64,000 nt of DNA from Treponemataceae bacterium (GTDB lineage: Bacteria; Spirochaetota; Spirochaetia; Treponematales; Rectinemataceae), in contig CAXXVZ010000002.1 of assembly GCA_963678065.2 (NCBI GenBank), positions 224,001-288,000 of the forward strand. The letters are read 5' to 3'. This document shows, one piece after another, positions 25,620 through 34,999 of the stretch. Positions within the stretch are counted from its first letter, which is position 1. Each line of letters opens with the position of its first letter. The translations under genes were made by a program, and so were the position numbers. Below the pieces are notes generated by a model. That model saw only the letters and a program-made list of their open reading frames with translations. It was not told the DNA's origin and ran no database searches.

Positions 25620-27893
25620 ATGAAGTACGTGAAATTCGGAGTGATTGGAGGAGGTAGCGCCTTCAATTTCCATGTCAACGGCGTCCGGGACTCGGAGCTC
25701 CTGCGCTTCGTGGCGATCTACGACACGAACATCGAGAATGCCAGGAAGGTTGCCAGGCGTTTCAAGGATGGCCATCTGGAAGTCTATGAAACGCTGGATG
25801 CGATGCTCGATTCGGACATCGATGCAGTCTTGGTCATGGTTCCTCACGCCTACCACGAGCGGATCGTCATCCGGTGCGCCGAGAGAGGCAAACATGTGCT
25901 TTGCGAGAAGCCGATGGGAACCACAGTGGAAGCTTGCAGGAACATGATCGCCGCTGCTCTCAGGAACAAGATCAAATTCATGATTGCGGAAAATCATCGT
26001 TTCCTCCCTGCCCATACCTGGATCCGCAATGCGATTCAGCAGGGTCTCGTCGGCGACGTCCTGATGGTCCGCGCATACGAAGGTGTCAATGAGATACCGG
26101 GTCTCAGCATCAGTGGCTTCTGGAAGGGCGACCCGATCAAGGCAGGGGGTGGCTCGCTCATGGACATGGGCGCACACAAGTTCGCCACCCTCGAATACAT
26201 TCTGGACAGCCGCTGCACCGAGGTTACCGCAATCCTGGCCAAGCAGGCGATCAACCTGCCGGAAAAAGCCGAAGACAACGCCATCACGATGCTCCGCTTC
26301 AGCGACGGCACCATCGGCGAAATGTCCGTAAGCTTTACACAGATGACTCCGCCCTTCAACAGCCTGGAGATTTACGGAACCGAGGGCAGCATCTTTGAAA
26401 ACCACGCATGGGAGAAGCCCGTCCGGATCTATTCATTCTCGAAGTCGATGGGGGAGAACCAGCAAGTATGGTATGAACCCGAGATCGAGCACGCGCCCTT
26501 CCCGGGCTACTACCCGATTTCGGTCCGGCACGAGGATGAGCATTTCGCACGATGCATACTTGAGCACAGGGAACCCGAATTCAGCCCCGAGGACTCGATG
26601 AGCGCCATCGAGTGCATCTTGGCAGGATATCTCTCCTCTATCGAGAGGCGGCCGGTCGCCCGACAGGAGATTCTCGACCTTGCCGATAAGGGCCTTACCG
26701 GCCAAATTTTGGAACGACTCGCCGAGTCGATTCCCGTCAATCCCAAACTCCCCAAGGTAAAGAGCATGAAAGCAGTAGGATTCGACAAGAGACGGGCTGC
26801 AGTGATCATGGAGAAGCTGGATCTCGACCTTCTCATAGCGAGTTCGCCAGTCAACACATATTACCTGAGCGGACTACCCGTTCTCCACAGCGCTCCCAAT
26901 CCCATCCTCGAGGCGCTGTCCAATCAGTACCCGAACTTCGCGATGATTCGGAGGGAAGGCGAGGGTTCGATCATCCACTGGGATGTCTTCCGTAGCGTCC
27001 AGGATCTGTGCTGGGCGGCTGACGCAGTAGGCGTACACAATGTGCAGGATGCGCAGGCCGCGCTTGTCGCCAAGATCAAAAAATGGGGCCTGGTCGGCAA
27101 GCGGGTCGGTGTGGAGTCCACGGCGCCCAAATTCATTCTGGATGCAATCGGATCGGACAAGGTGGCCATGAAAATAATCGAGGCCGACCCCGCTTTCCAG
27201 GAGATGCGTCTCATTAAAACTGACAAGGAGGTCGCCTGCATCGCCGCGGCGACTTCGATCACCGAGAAAGCGATCATGAAGTGTGCGGCCGCCCTCAAGG
27301 AAGGGATCACCGACAACGAGCTCCTCGATATCGGAAAAAGAGCGATGCTCGAGGAGGGAGCGGAAGGCTGGAATCACCTGACCCTCTCCATCGGCGGATC
27401 GGACCCCGAAGCCCCTGGCGTTGGCACGATTGTCCGGAAGGGCGACATAGTGCGTCTGGACTTCGGAGCTATCTATAAAAACTATGTCGCCGATGTGAAC
27501 GCGGAGTTCGTGATCGGCGAGGTGCCCGGGAAGGCGGCCGCGCTCATTGAAGGACTCCTCGAATTCCAAGGCTACTTCGAGTCGCGCATCAGACCCGGGG
27601 TTCTGATGCGGCAGCTCGGCGAGGAAGCCGTGGCCTGGTACGAGGGGAAATACCCCGAAGGCATCGCCTTCTGCATCGGCCACAGCATAGGCCTCGAATG
27701 TGAAGACCTGCACCTTTTCGGGGCGATGGGATCGCAGGACCGCGTCTTCGAGAAGAATATGGTCTTCGAAATCGAGGCCTGGGAAAACTATGAGGGCTAC
27801 CTCATCGGTGTCGAGGACTGCTATGTAGTCACCGACTCAGGCTGCCGCAAGATGACCAGCCTCGACAAGCGCATCGCCGCGATCAAGGAGTGA
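25620..27893 (+). CDS. Fusion of Gfo/Idh/MocA oxidoreductase with a creatinase-N/M24 (Xaa-Pro peptidase fold) domain
   Basis: N-half motifs GVIGGG, VPHAYH, CEKP and GGGSLMDMGAH; C-half motifs LDFGAIYKNYVAD, GHSIGL, EIE and VED. Alternative TTG start at 25566. Confidence 0.85.
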   Translation: MKYVKFGVIGGGSAFNFHVNGVRDSELLRFVAIYDTNIENARKVARRFKDGHLEVYETLDAMLDSDIDAVLVMVPHAYHERIVIRCAERGKHVLCEKPMGTTVEACRNMIAAALRNKIKFMIAENHRFLPAHTWIRNAIQQGLVGDVLMVRAYEGVNEIPGLSISGFWKGDPIKAGGGSLMDMGAHKFATLEYILDSRCTEVTAILAKQAINLPEKAEDNAITMLRFSDGTIGEMSVSFTQMTPPFNSLEIYGTEGSIFENHAWEKPVRIYSFSKSMGENQQVWYEPEIEHAPFPGYYPISVRHEDEHFARCILEHREPEFSPEDSMSAIECILAGYLSSIERRPVARQEILDLADKGLTGQILERLAESIPVNPKLPKVKSMKAVGFDKRRAAVIMEKLDLDLLIASSPVNTYYLSGLPVLHSAPNPILEALSNQYPNFAMIRREGEGSIIHWDVFRSVQDLCWAADAVGVHNVQDAQAALVAKIKKWGLVGKRVGVESTAPKFILDAIGSDKVAMKIIEADPAFQEMRLIKTDKEVACIAAATSITEKAIMKCAAALKEGITDNELLDIGKRAMLEEGAEGWNHLTLSIGGSDPEAPGVGTIVRKGDIVRLDFGAIYKNYVADVNAEFVIGEVPGKAAALIEGLLEFQGYFESRIRPGVLMRQLGEEAVAWYEGKYPEGIAFCIGHSIGLECEDLHLFGAMGSQDRVFEKNMVFEIEAWENYEGYLIGVEDCYVVTDSGCRKMTSLDKRIAAIKE

Positions 27894-28693
27894 ACGAAAT
27901 GAAGCCGCTGATAATCGTCGCCACACCCAATATTTGCTGGCTTAAAACCGATGTGCCCTTCCCTGAAACCCCTGCCGGCATAGCCGAGGAGACAGAGCTC
28001 TGCCGGAAAAACGGGGCTTCGGTCCTCCATATCCACGGGGAGGGCCAGTGGGTCGAGGTCATGACCGAGGTCAGGAAGCGGACGGATATTCTGATCCAGT
28101 GCGGTATGTCCAGCATACCCCTCAAGGACCGCATGGACATCATGTACCAGAAGGCGGACATGATCTCGATAATCCTGAACCATCACGACGAGGCCTTCGC
28201 TGAGGTGAATTGCAATGTGCTCCACACCATGCAGGAATTCGAAGATTATGCGACAGCATGCCGGAGGTATGGAGTAAAACCCGAGTTCGAGATCTGGCAC
28301 TCCGGCTCCATCTGGAATCTCAATCGACTCATCGACAATGGCTTCCTCGATCCGCCGTACATCACGACCATGTTCTTTGGCTGGCCGGGAGGAACCTGGT
28401 CGCCGCCGACCGTCGAGGAGTACTTATACCGGCGGAAAAACATGCCCGGGAATTGCGCGGTCACCGTGAGCATCATGAATGAGAAGCAGATGGATATCCT
28501 CGTGGCAGCGATCATGCACGGCGACAATGTGCGGGTCGGGACCGAAGACTATCCGTACGACAGGCGCGGCAAACTCTGTGCGACCCATGAGCTTGTGAAG
28601 GAAATCGCCGATATCGCCCGCATGCTCGGCAGGGAGATTGCCAGCCCCGCGCAGGCGCGCGATGCGCTGGGTACCGGAAGGCAAATGCCATGA
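27890..28693 (+). CDS. Beta-keto acid cleavage enzyme family (BKACE/DUF849), divergent
   Basis: Motifs PETPAGIAEE, GASVLHIH, GVKPEFE and NVRVGTED. Confidence 0.8.
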   Translation: MNEMKPLIIVATPNICWLKTDVPFPETPAGIAEETELCRKNGASVLHIHGEGQWVEVMTEVRKRTDILIQCGMSSIPLKDRMDIMYQKADMISIILNHHDEAFAEVNCNVLHTMQEFEDYATACRRYGVKPEFEIWHSGSIWNLNRLIDNGFLDPPYITTMFFGWPGGTWSPPTVEEYLYRRKNMPGNCAVTVSIMNEKQMDILVAAIMHGDNVRVGTEDYPYDRRGKLCATHELVKEIADIARMLGREIASPAQARDALGTGRQMP

Positions 28694-29460
28694 CTGAAAA
28701 AAAAGTGGCTGTAGTCACCGGCGCCGCGAGCGGGATAGGCAAAGCGGCAGCCATGAAATTCGCCAAAGAGGGCTACGCAGTCGCGATTTTCGATTGGAGC
28801 AAGGGGATCGCGGAGGTCGGTGATGTACTGCGCAAGGATGGATGCGTTTGTCTCGATGTCGTGGGGGATGTCTCATCCGAAAAGGATGTCGCGGACTTTG
28901 TTGCGCAGGTCGAGAAGGCCTTCGGCAGGGTGGACGCCCTCAATTGCAACGCGGGCATAGTAGTTGTCAAACCCCTCGAGGATACGAGCTTCGAGGATTT
29001 CACGCGGGTAACGAACGTGAACATAGGCGGGACTTTTCTCTTCTGCAAGCACGTGCTCCCGATGATGAAAAGGCGGCGCAGCGGATCCATCGTAAACCTC
29101 GGCTCTGTTTCCGGGCACGTGGGCCAGACCGAGCATGCGATTTACGGGGCCACGAAGGGAGCAATTATCGCCTTTACCCGCGCGGTCGCGTGGGAGGTGG
29201 CGCGGTACAACATCCGAGTCAACTCCGTGAGCCCCGGATCCGTGGACACGCCGATGCTCCGGTCCGACATACGGCTTGAATCGACGCGCACAGGTATGCC
29301 TTTCGACGAAGTGAAGAAACTCAGAGAGGCGGAGCAGGCCTTCAATCGTTGGGCAGATCCCTCGGAGATCGCCGAGGCCATCTACTTCCTTTCGAGCGAT
29401 GCCGCATCCTTCATTACGGGTTCGGACCTGCTGGTAGACTGCGGTTGGGTGGCAAAGTAA
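28690..29460 (+). CDS. Short-chain dehydrogenase/reductase (classical SDR)
   Basis: Motifs TGAASGIG, CNAG, YGATK and IRVNSVSPG. Confidence 0.92.
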   Translation: MTEKKVAVVTGAASGIGKAAAMKFAKEGYAVAIFDWSKGIAEVGDVLRKDGCVCLDVVGDVSSEKDVADFVAQVEKAFGRVDALNCNAGIVVVKPLEDTSFEDFTRVTNVNIGGTFLFCKHVLPMMKRRRSGSIVNLGSVSGHVGQTEHAIYGATKGAIIAFTRAVAWEVARYNIRVNSVSPGSVDTPMLRSDIRLESTRTGMPFDEVKKLREAEQAFNRWADPSEIAEAIYFLSSDAASFITGSDLLVDCGWVAK

Positions 29461-30189
29461 ATGCAAGAAACCGGTATAGATTTTGAGATCGAGCAGAAGA
29501 AAAGCACCACTGGCATTATCGTCAAAAAGCTCCTGGAGCTCATCCGCAGCCGAAGCCTCAAGCCTGGCGATAAACTTCCACCCGAGCGGGAACTCGCGGA
29601 ACTCATGAAGGTATCGAGGCCCTCTCTTCGGGAAGCACTCAAATCCCTGGAGACGATGAGCATCATCAGCATCCGGCAGGGCTCGGGAGCTTTCGTGAAC
29701 AAGCTCGAACCCGAAAGCATCGCGGAGCACCTGGATATCGTATTCACACTCGACGACTCGCTCTACCACGACCTGTATAAGGCGCGCAGGGTTCTTGAAT
29801 CAGCGATCGCCCGGATCGCGGCCGAAAGCATCACGGACGATGAACTCGCAGAGATCGAGGGAAACATCACAAGGGCTGCCAACTCCGTCCAGATGCCTCA
29901 AGAATTCCTCGCGCTGGATTTCCAGCTTCATAGCCTCATCCTCAAGGCATCGAAGAACCGGATTCTGCCCGTCTTCATCCAGTCTATCAACAAGCTCAAT
30001 CTGATGATGAGGGAAAAGACCAACAGTATCCTGTCGATACGGCAATCCACGATTCGGGACCACCAGAAAATCCTGGAAGCGCTCAGACAGAAAAACCCGG
30101 AGATGGCGGCGAAGGCCATGGAAGAGCACCTCCTCAACGTCGAGAACGGTTTCTACCGGACCGAGGACAGCGGAGGTTATGAAAAATGA
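29461..30189 (+). CDS. FadR/GntR family transcriptional regulator
   Basis: HTH motifs PGDKLPPEREL and VSRPSLREAL; FCD domain. Confidence 0.92.
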   Translation: MQETGIDFEIEQKKSTTGIIVKKLLELIRSRSLKPGDKLPPERELAELMKVSRPSLREALKSLETMSIISIRQGSGAFVNKLEPESIAEHLDIVFTLDDSLYHDLYKARRVLESAIARIAAESITDDELAEIEGNITRAANSVQMPQEFLALDFQLHSLILKASKNRILPVFIQSINKLNLMMREKTNSILSIRQSTIRDHQKILEALRQKNPEMAAKAMEEHLLNVENGFYRTEDSGGYEK

Positions 30190-31139
30190 AAGAGCGATTC
30201 TTCGTGTCAGGGGCCACAGGCTGCATCGGGGGCTGGGTCGTCAAGAATCTCGTCGAGTCAGGAAACGAGGTGTTTGCGCTCGCAAGAAGCGGCAGCCTCG
30301 ACAAACTTTCCTTGATAATGCCCGAGGAGGAGATAGCCGAAGTCCATATCGTCAAGGGGGACATTGCCGACGCGGCTTTGCTGCGGACCTGCATGGCGGA
30401 CAACAGAATCGAGCGGATTATCCACCTCGCGGCGATGCAGCTGCCCTTCTGTCACACCGATCCCCGGCTCGGAGCCCGGGTCAACGTCGAGGGGACCGTC
30501 AATATTTTCGAAGCGGCCAAGCATTGCGGCATCAAGTCCCTGGTCTATTCGAGCAGCACGGCTGTTTACGGGACCAAAGACGAATATGACACAGCCTGTC
30601 TGGAACACAATGCCCCGCTGATACCGCATTCCCACTACGGGGTGTACAAGCAGGCGAACGAGTGGAGTGCCCGCGTCTATTACAAGGTCGACAGGATCTC
30701 CAGCATCGGCATCAGGCCATATGTCGTCTATGGCCCCTTACGGGACCAGGGAATGACCTCCACGCCGACGGCTGCAATGAAAGCTGCGGTGAAATCAGAG
30801 CCGTACGAGATTTCTTTCGGGGGAGTCTGCAACTTCCAGTATGTCGACGACACCGCCAAGGCGTTTATCCGCGCTTCGATCTGCGACCACATCGGAGCCG
30901 ATACCTACAACCTCGGGGGCGGGGCGATTGCCATGGAAGACATAGTCCGCGCCATCGAGCTTGGCGAACCCGGCGCGGAAGGCCTTATCACCTACATCGA
31001 CAAGCCTCTTCCCTTCCCTCCGAGCGCGAGCAACGAAGAGTTGGTAAAAATCATTGGTCCCGTGTGCAAGACATCCCTTGTAGAAGGGGTAAAGGCGAGC
31101 ATGGAGATTTTCCGAGAACACGCCGCCCATTTGGGGTAA
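30186..31139 (+). CDS. NAD-dependent epimerase/dehydratase (extended SDR)
   Basis: Motifs SGATGCIG, IHLAA, SSTAVYG, YGVYK and VYGP. Confidence 0.9.
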   Translation: MKERFFVSGATGCIGGWVVKNLVESGNEVFALARSGSLDKLSLIMPEEEIAEVHIVKGDIADAALLRTCMADNRIERIIHLAAMQLPFCHTDPRLGARVNVEGTVNIFEAAKHCGIKSLVYSSSTAVYGTKDEYDTACLEHNAPLIPHSHYGVYKQANEWSARVYYKVDRISSIGIRPYVVYGPLRDQGMTSTPTAAMKAAVKSEPYEISFGGVCNFQYVDDTAKAFIRASICDHIGADTYNLGGGAIAMEDIVRAIELGEPGAEGLITYIDKPLPFPPSASNEELVKIIGPVCKTSLVEGVKASMEIFREHAAHLG

Positions 31140-31163
31140 TGGCGCTCGGCAACAGATAACCAG

Positions 31164-31177
31164 AGGAGGTGATCCAG
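31164..31177 (+). promoter_or_regulatory. Orphan extended Shine-Dalgarno (14-nt complement of the 16S rRNA 3' end), STAB-SD-like
   Basis: AGGAGGTGATCCAG with no start codon at canonical spacing; lies 75 nt upstream of the SBP start, which has its own AAGGAGG. Confidence 0.45.
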
Positions 31178-31252
31178 GAAGGTCGTTTTAACGACATAGT
31201 CGATCGGCTCGAGCGGATGCTTGAGCTAAAAGAACTGCAAGGAGGCAGGAAA

Positions 31253-32218
31253 ATGTCTAAGCGCGTGCGCATTTCAATGGCGTTAGGGGTCATGCTGTTC
31301 ATGGTCGCTGGGCTTGCATTTGCAGCGCCGAAGCAGGTTGTGATCGGCATCAGCATGCAGGGTAACCAGAGCGGCTTCGTCCAGTACATCACTTCGGGGA
31401 TGTGGGAGTGGCAGAAGAAAAATGCTCCGGATGTCAAGCTCGAAGTTGTGTTCGCCGATGACGATGCGGCGAAACAGCTGACGCAGGTCGAGACCTTCGT
31501 TGCGAAGAAAGTCGACGCGATCATCATCAATCCGGTGGACAAAGTGCAGTGCGCGGCTGCGGTCGATGCAGCGGCCAATGCCAGGATTCCGGTCCTCACC
31601 GTGAACACCATCACGACAAGCAAGAGGGTGACGGCGCATGTGGGTTCGGATGATGTTCTGTCCGGCTATCTGCAGATGAACCGGATCATCGATGTCTGCG
31701 GTCCAAAGGCAAGAGTCGCGTATGTAGACGCAGTGCTGGGGCACTCTGCGCAGGTCGGACGGACGGAAGGCTATCAGAAGTCCCTCAAAGAGCATCCCGG
31801 AGTGACCCTTGTCGTGCACGACACCGGCAACTGGTCAGCGGATGAATCGATGAAGCTGGTCGAGAACTGGCTGCAGTCGGGCAAACAGATGGATGCGATC
31901 GCATGCATGGCGGACTGTCAGCTTATCGGCGTGGTGACGGCGGTGCAGAACGCAAACATGGTCGGCAAGATCAAACTCGCCGGCATGGACTGCGATCCCT
32001 TGATCATGGATTACATCCAGAAAGGAATCGTGGACGATTCGATCTGGCAGGACGGTGTCGGGCAGGGTGAAAACGTCGTCAGGCTCGCTGTCGACGCGAT
32101 CAACGGGAAGAAAGTTGCCGATTTCTATTTGCCGTACGAGGTTTGCACGAAAGACAATATCGCGCATTATTTCGAGCTCGCGAAGGTACGCAACGCCTTG
32201 GCGAAGAAGTACTTCTGA
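31253..32218 (+). CDS. Monosaccharide/polyol ABC transporter substrate-binding protein (RbsB-like)
   Basis: Signal peptide; motifs VDAIIINPVD, HVGSDD, GNWS and IWQD. Confidence 0.9.
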   Translation: MSKRVRISMALGVMLFMVAGLAFAAPKQVVIGISMQGNQSGFVQYITSGMWEWQKKNAPDVKLEVVFADDDAAKQLTQVETFVAKKVDAIIINPVDKVQCAAAVDAAANARIPVLTVNTITTSKRVTAHVGSDDVLSGYLQMNRIIDVCGPKARVAYVDAVLGHSAQVGRTEGYQKSLKEHPGVTLVVHDTGNWSADESMKLVENWLQSGKQMDAIACMADCQLIGVVTAVQNANMVGKIKLAGMDCDPLIMDYIQKGIVDDSIWQDGVGQGENVVRLAVDAINGKKVADFYLPYEVCTKDNIAHYFELAKVRNALAKKYF

Positions 32219-32285
32219 TATTTTCGCCCAGTTTCCGGCCACGGCGTGACCGCAGCCGGAAACTGAGCGCGCAGAAACGAGGGGC

Positions 32286-33803
32286 ATGGCGATGGCAGAC
32301 GACGAAGTGATCCTCGAGATGAAGCATATTGACATGCGATTCCGGGGAGTCCATGCCGTGGACGATGTATCGTTTACACTGAGGCGGGGTGAAGTGCACG
32401 CGCTGGTAGGGGAAAACGGCGCGGGAAAATCGACACTGATGAAAGTGCTGGTGGGGCTCTATACGCCAAACGCCGGCGAGATAGTGTTCGAGGGCAAGTC
32501 TGTGAAGTTCCGGTCTGTGGGCGACACCCGTGCGGCAGGAATCTGCATGATCTTCCAGGAGTTCAACCAAGTCAAGCATCTGACGGTGATGGAGAACATC
32601 TACTTGGGCCGGGAGCCGCGGACGCGGACAGGATCTATCGATTACAAGCGGATGCTCGAGGGCGCACAGACAATCCTCGACAAGATGGGCATCGAGATAG
32701 ACCCAAAAGCGTTCGTGCGGGACCTGACAGTGGCCAAGCTGCAGCTGGTCGAGATAGTCAAAGCGGTATCGTACAATGCGCGCATAATCATCATGGATGA
32801 ACCTACCTCGGCGCTGAGCGACACGGAAATTCAGCTACTTTTCAAGACTGTGACTGCGCTCCGCTCGGAGGGAAAGGCGATAGTGTTCATATCGCACAAG
32901 CTCGAGGAAATTTTCGGGGTGTGCAACCGGGTGACAGTCCTGCGGGATGGGAAATATGTGCATTCGGACTTGGTGAAAAACATCAGTGAAGCCGATCTCA
33001 TACGCATGATGGTAGACCGGGAAATCTCGGACATGTTTCCCAAGGTAGAGTCGAACATCGGCGATGTAGTGCTCGAAGTGAAGGGTTTGACGTGCAAAGG
33101 GGTTTTCGAGGATATCAGCTTCAACCTCAGGCGGGGCGAGATCCTCGGGCTCGCAGGGCTCATGGGCGCGGGCCGGACCGAAGTAGTCGAAGCCATAATG
33201 GGAAGCAGAAAGTTGGATCGCGGAGAAATTTATCTCGAAGGCAAAAAAATCGTAAACCGCATGCCGGGTGATGCTATCGCCCGCGGAATCATCATGGTGC
33301 CGGAGGATCGCAAAAAGCACGGCCTCGCGCTCAAGCTGAGCGTCCGGGACAACATTCTGATGTCAGCGCTCCACAAGTGCCTCAGGGGTGGTTTCATCCG
33401 CAAAAAACTGGAAAAGAAGTACTCGGATGAATATATAAGCAAGCTCGAGATTAAAACGGATACGGACCGACAAGTCTGCGCGAACCTATCGGGCGGGAAT
33501 CAGCAGAAGGTGGTCATTGCACGGGTACTGAACGCCGATCCGAGCGTCATCATTCTGGACGAACCGACCCGGGGAATAGATGTCAAAACGAAAGCGGACA
33601 TCCATAAGCTCATGTCACAGCTCGCGGTGCAGGGTAAGGCGGTGCTTATGATATCCTCGGAACTGACCGAAGTCCTGGGCATGAGCGATAGAATCGTGAT
33701 CCTGCATGAAGGCACGTTGACGGGCACGCTCGATCGGAGCCAAGCGAACTCTAACCGCATCATGCAGTATGCGGTAGGCAAGACGGAAGAAGAGGTACAC
33801 TGA
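32286..33803 (+). CDS. Sugar ABC transporter ATP-binding protein (RbsA/MglA-like, two NBDs)
   Basis: Motifs GENGAGKS, MDEPT, GAGRTE, LSGGNQQKV and LDEPTRGID. Confidence 0.95.
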   Translation: MAMADDEVILEMKHIDMRFRGVHAVDDVSFTLRRGEVHALVGENGAGKSTLMKVLVGLYTPNAGEIVFEGKSVKFRSVGDTRAAGICMIFQEFNQVKHLTVMENIYLGREPRTRTGSIDYKRMLEGAQTILDKMGIEIDPKAFVRDLTVAKLQLVEIVKAVSYNARIIIMDEPTSALSDTEIQLLFKTVTALRSEGKAIVFISHKLEEIFGVCNRVTVLRDGKYVHSDLVKNISEADLIRMMVDREISDMFPKVESNIGDVVLEVKGLTCKGVFEDISFNLRRGEILGLAGLMGAGRTEVVEAIMGSRKLDRGEIYLEGKKIVNRMPGDAIARGIIMVPEDRKKHGLALKLSVRDNILMSALHKCLRGGFIRKKLEKKYSDEYISKLEIKTDTDRQVCANLSGGNQQKVVIARVLNADPSVIILDEPTRGIDVKTKADIHKLMSQLAVQGKAVLMISSELTEVLGMSDRIVILHEGTLTGTLDRSQANSNRIMQYAVGKTEEEVH

Positions 33804-33804
33804 A

Positions 33805-34800
33805 ATGGAATCACTGAGCAAAACACAGACAGGCCTGCGTGCATTCAGCGCAAAGTACAAGCTGAACAATTATGGTATCCAGATCGGTTTCGTCATCATC
33901 TTCATCTACCTCTCCGTCGCCACGCCAACCTTCTTCACCTACAGCAATTTCGTCACAATACTGCGCCAGGTGGCCTGCATCGGAATCGCGACGATCGCCG
34001 TCGGCATGCTCATCATAATGAACTGCATAGACCTCTCCATAGGCTCGCTGTTTGCGCTTTGCGGCATCACGGCCGGCCTCATGGTCTCCACTGGCAAAGA
34101 GGGCCTGGGTCTGCCTACCTATGTGGGCTTCGCCCTCGGCATCCTTACCGGCGTCCTCGTCGGCTTATTCAACGGCGTCACGATCGCCAAGGGCAAGATA
34201 CCTCCTTTTATCGTCACCATGGGCTCTATGTGGATCACCAGAGGACTCGCGCTGATTCTGGCCCACGGTATGCCAGTCGGCTCCTTCCCCAACTCTTTTG
34301 TCTATCTCGGAACGGCTTCTCTCGATCAAGGCAATATGATTCCCTGGTCGGTCCTCATCTTCCTCGTAATCGCGATTGTAATGGATTTCATCATGAAGAA
34401 ACGGCCTCTCGGGCGCTACATCTACGCGACGGGGGGGAACGAGGACGCCGCCATCGCAGCGGGCATCAACACCGCGCGGATAAAGATCAAAGCCTACCTC
34501 CTCGAAGGCGGCCTGGTCGGACTGGCGGCGACGCTGCTTGCCTCGCGGCTGAAATCGGCAGCCCCGGCCCTTGGGCAGGGCTACGAGCTCGACGCAATAG
34601 CCGGAGCCATTGTCGGCGGCGCAAGCTTCTCCGGTGGTATCGGCTCGGTCTGGGGGATGGTTCTCGGCGCTGTCATTATCGGCGTCATCAACAATGGCAT
34701 GGACCTGTTAGGCGTCCAGGCCTTCTACAAGCAGATCGTCAAAGGCTCGATAATCATCCTCGCCGTCCTGCTCGACAGACGACGCACCGGCCGGGGATAA
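33805..34800 (+). CDS. Sugar ABC transporter permease (RbsC-like)
   Basis: Motifs IDLSIG, IPPFIVT, YATGGNEDAA and YELDAIA. Confidence 0.93.
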   Translation: MESLSKTQTGLRAFSAKYKLNNYGIQIGFVIIFIYLSVATPTFFTYSNFVTILRQVACIGIATIAVGMLIIMNCIDLSIGSLFALCGITAGLMVSTGKEGLGLPTYVGFALGILTGVLVGLFNGVTIAKGKIPPFIVTMGSMWITRGLALILAHGMPVGSFPNSFVYLGTASLDQGNMIPWSVLIFLVIAIVMDFIMKKRPLGRYIYATGGNEDAAIAAGINTARIKIKAYLLEGGLVGLAATLLASRLKSAAPALGQGYELDAIAGAIVGGASFSGGIGSVWGMVLGAVIIGVINNGMDLLGVQAFYKQIVKGSIIILAVLLDRRRTGRG

Positions 34801-34817
34801 AAAAAGAAGAATCACGC

Positions 34818-34845
34818 GCTGCCTTGCAGTTTCCTGCAAGGCAGC
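34818..34845. terminator. Perfect 12-bp hairpin after the ABC operon
   Basis: GCTGCCTTGCAG-TTTC-CTGCAAGGCAGC. Confidence 0.55.
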
Positions 34846-34999
34846 ATGTATTCAGCAGCCAGGCCAGATCCCGGATGGCATCGCAGACGGCTGCGATAAT
34901 ATCAATGTAATCATCAGGGCACTTTACGCTTCTGTTAAGCTATTTTATACTGAAAAACCAAACTAAGGAGGGAAAGATTCCGGCCACCGGGAGGGCAGC

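Noticed and set aside
25540..25620. Programmed -1 frameshift joining SCP2 to the oxidoreductase-M24 fusion
   Set aside because: The frames overlap by only 4 nt (TTGA) and no slippery heptamer is evident; translational coupling is simpler.
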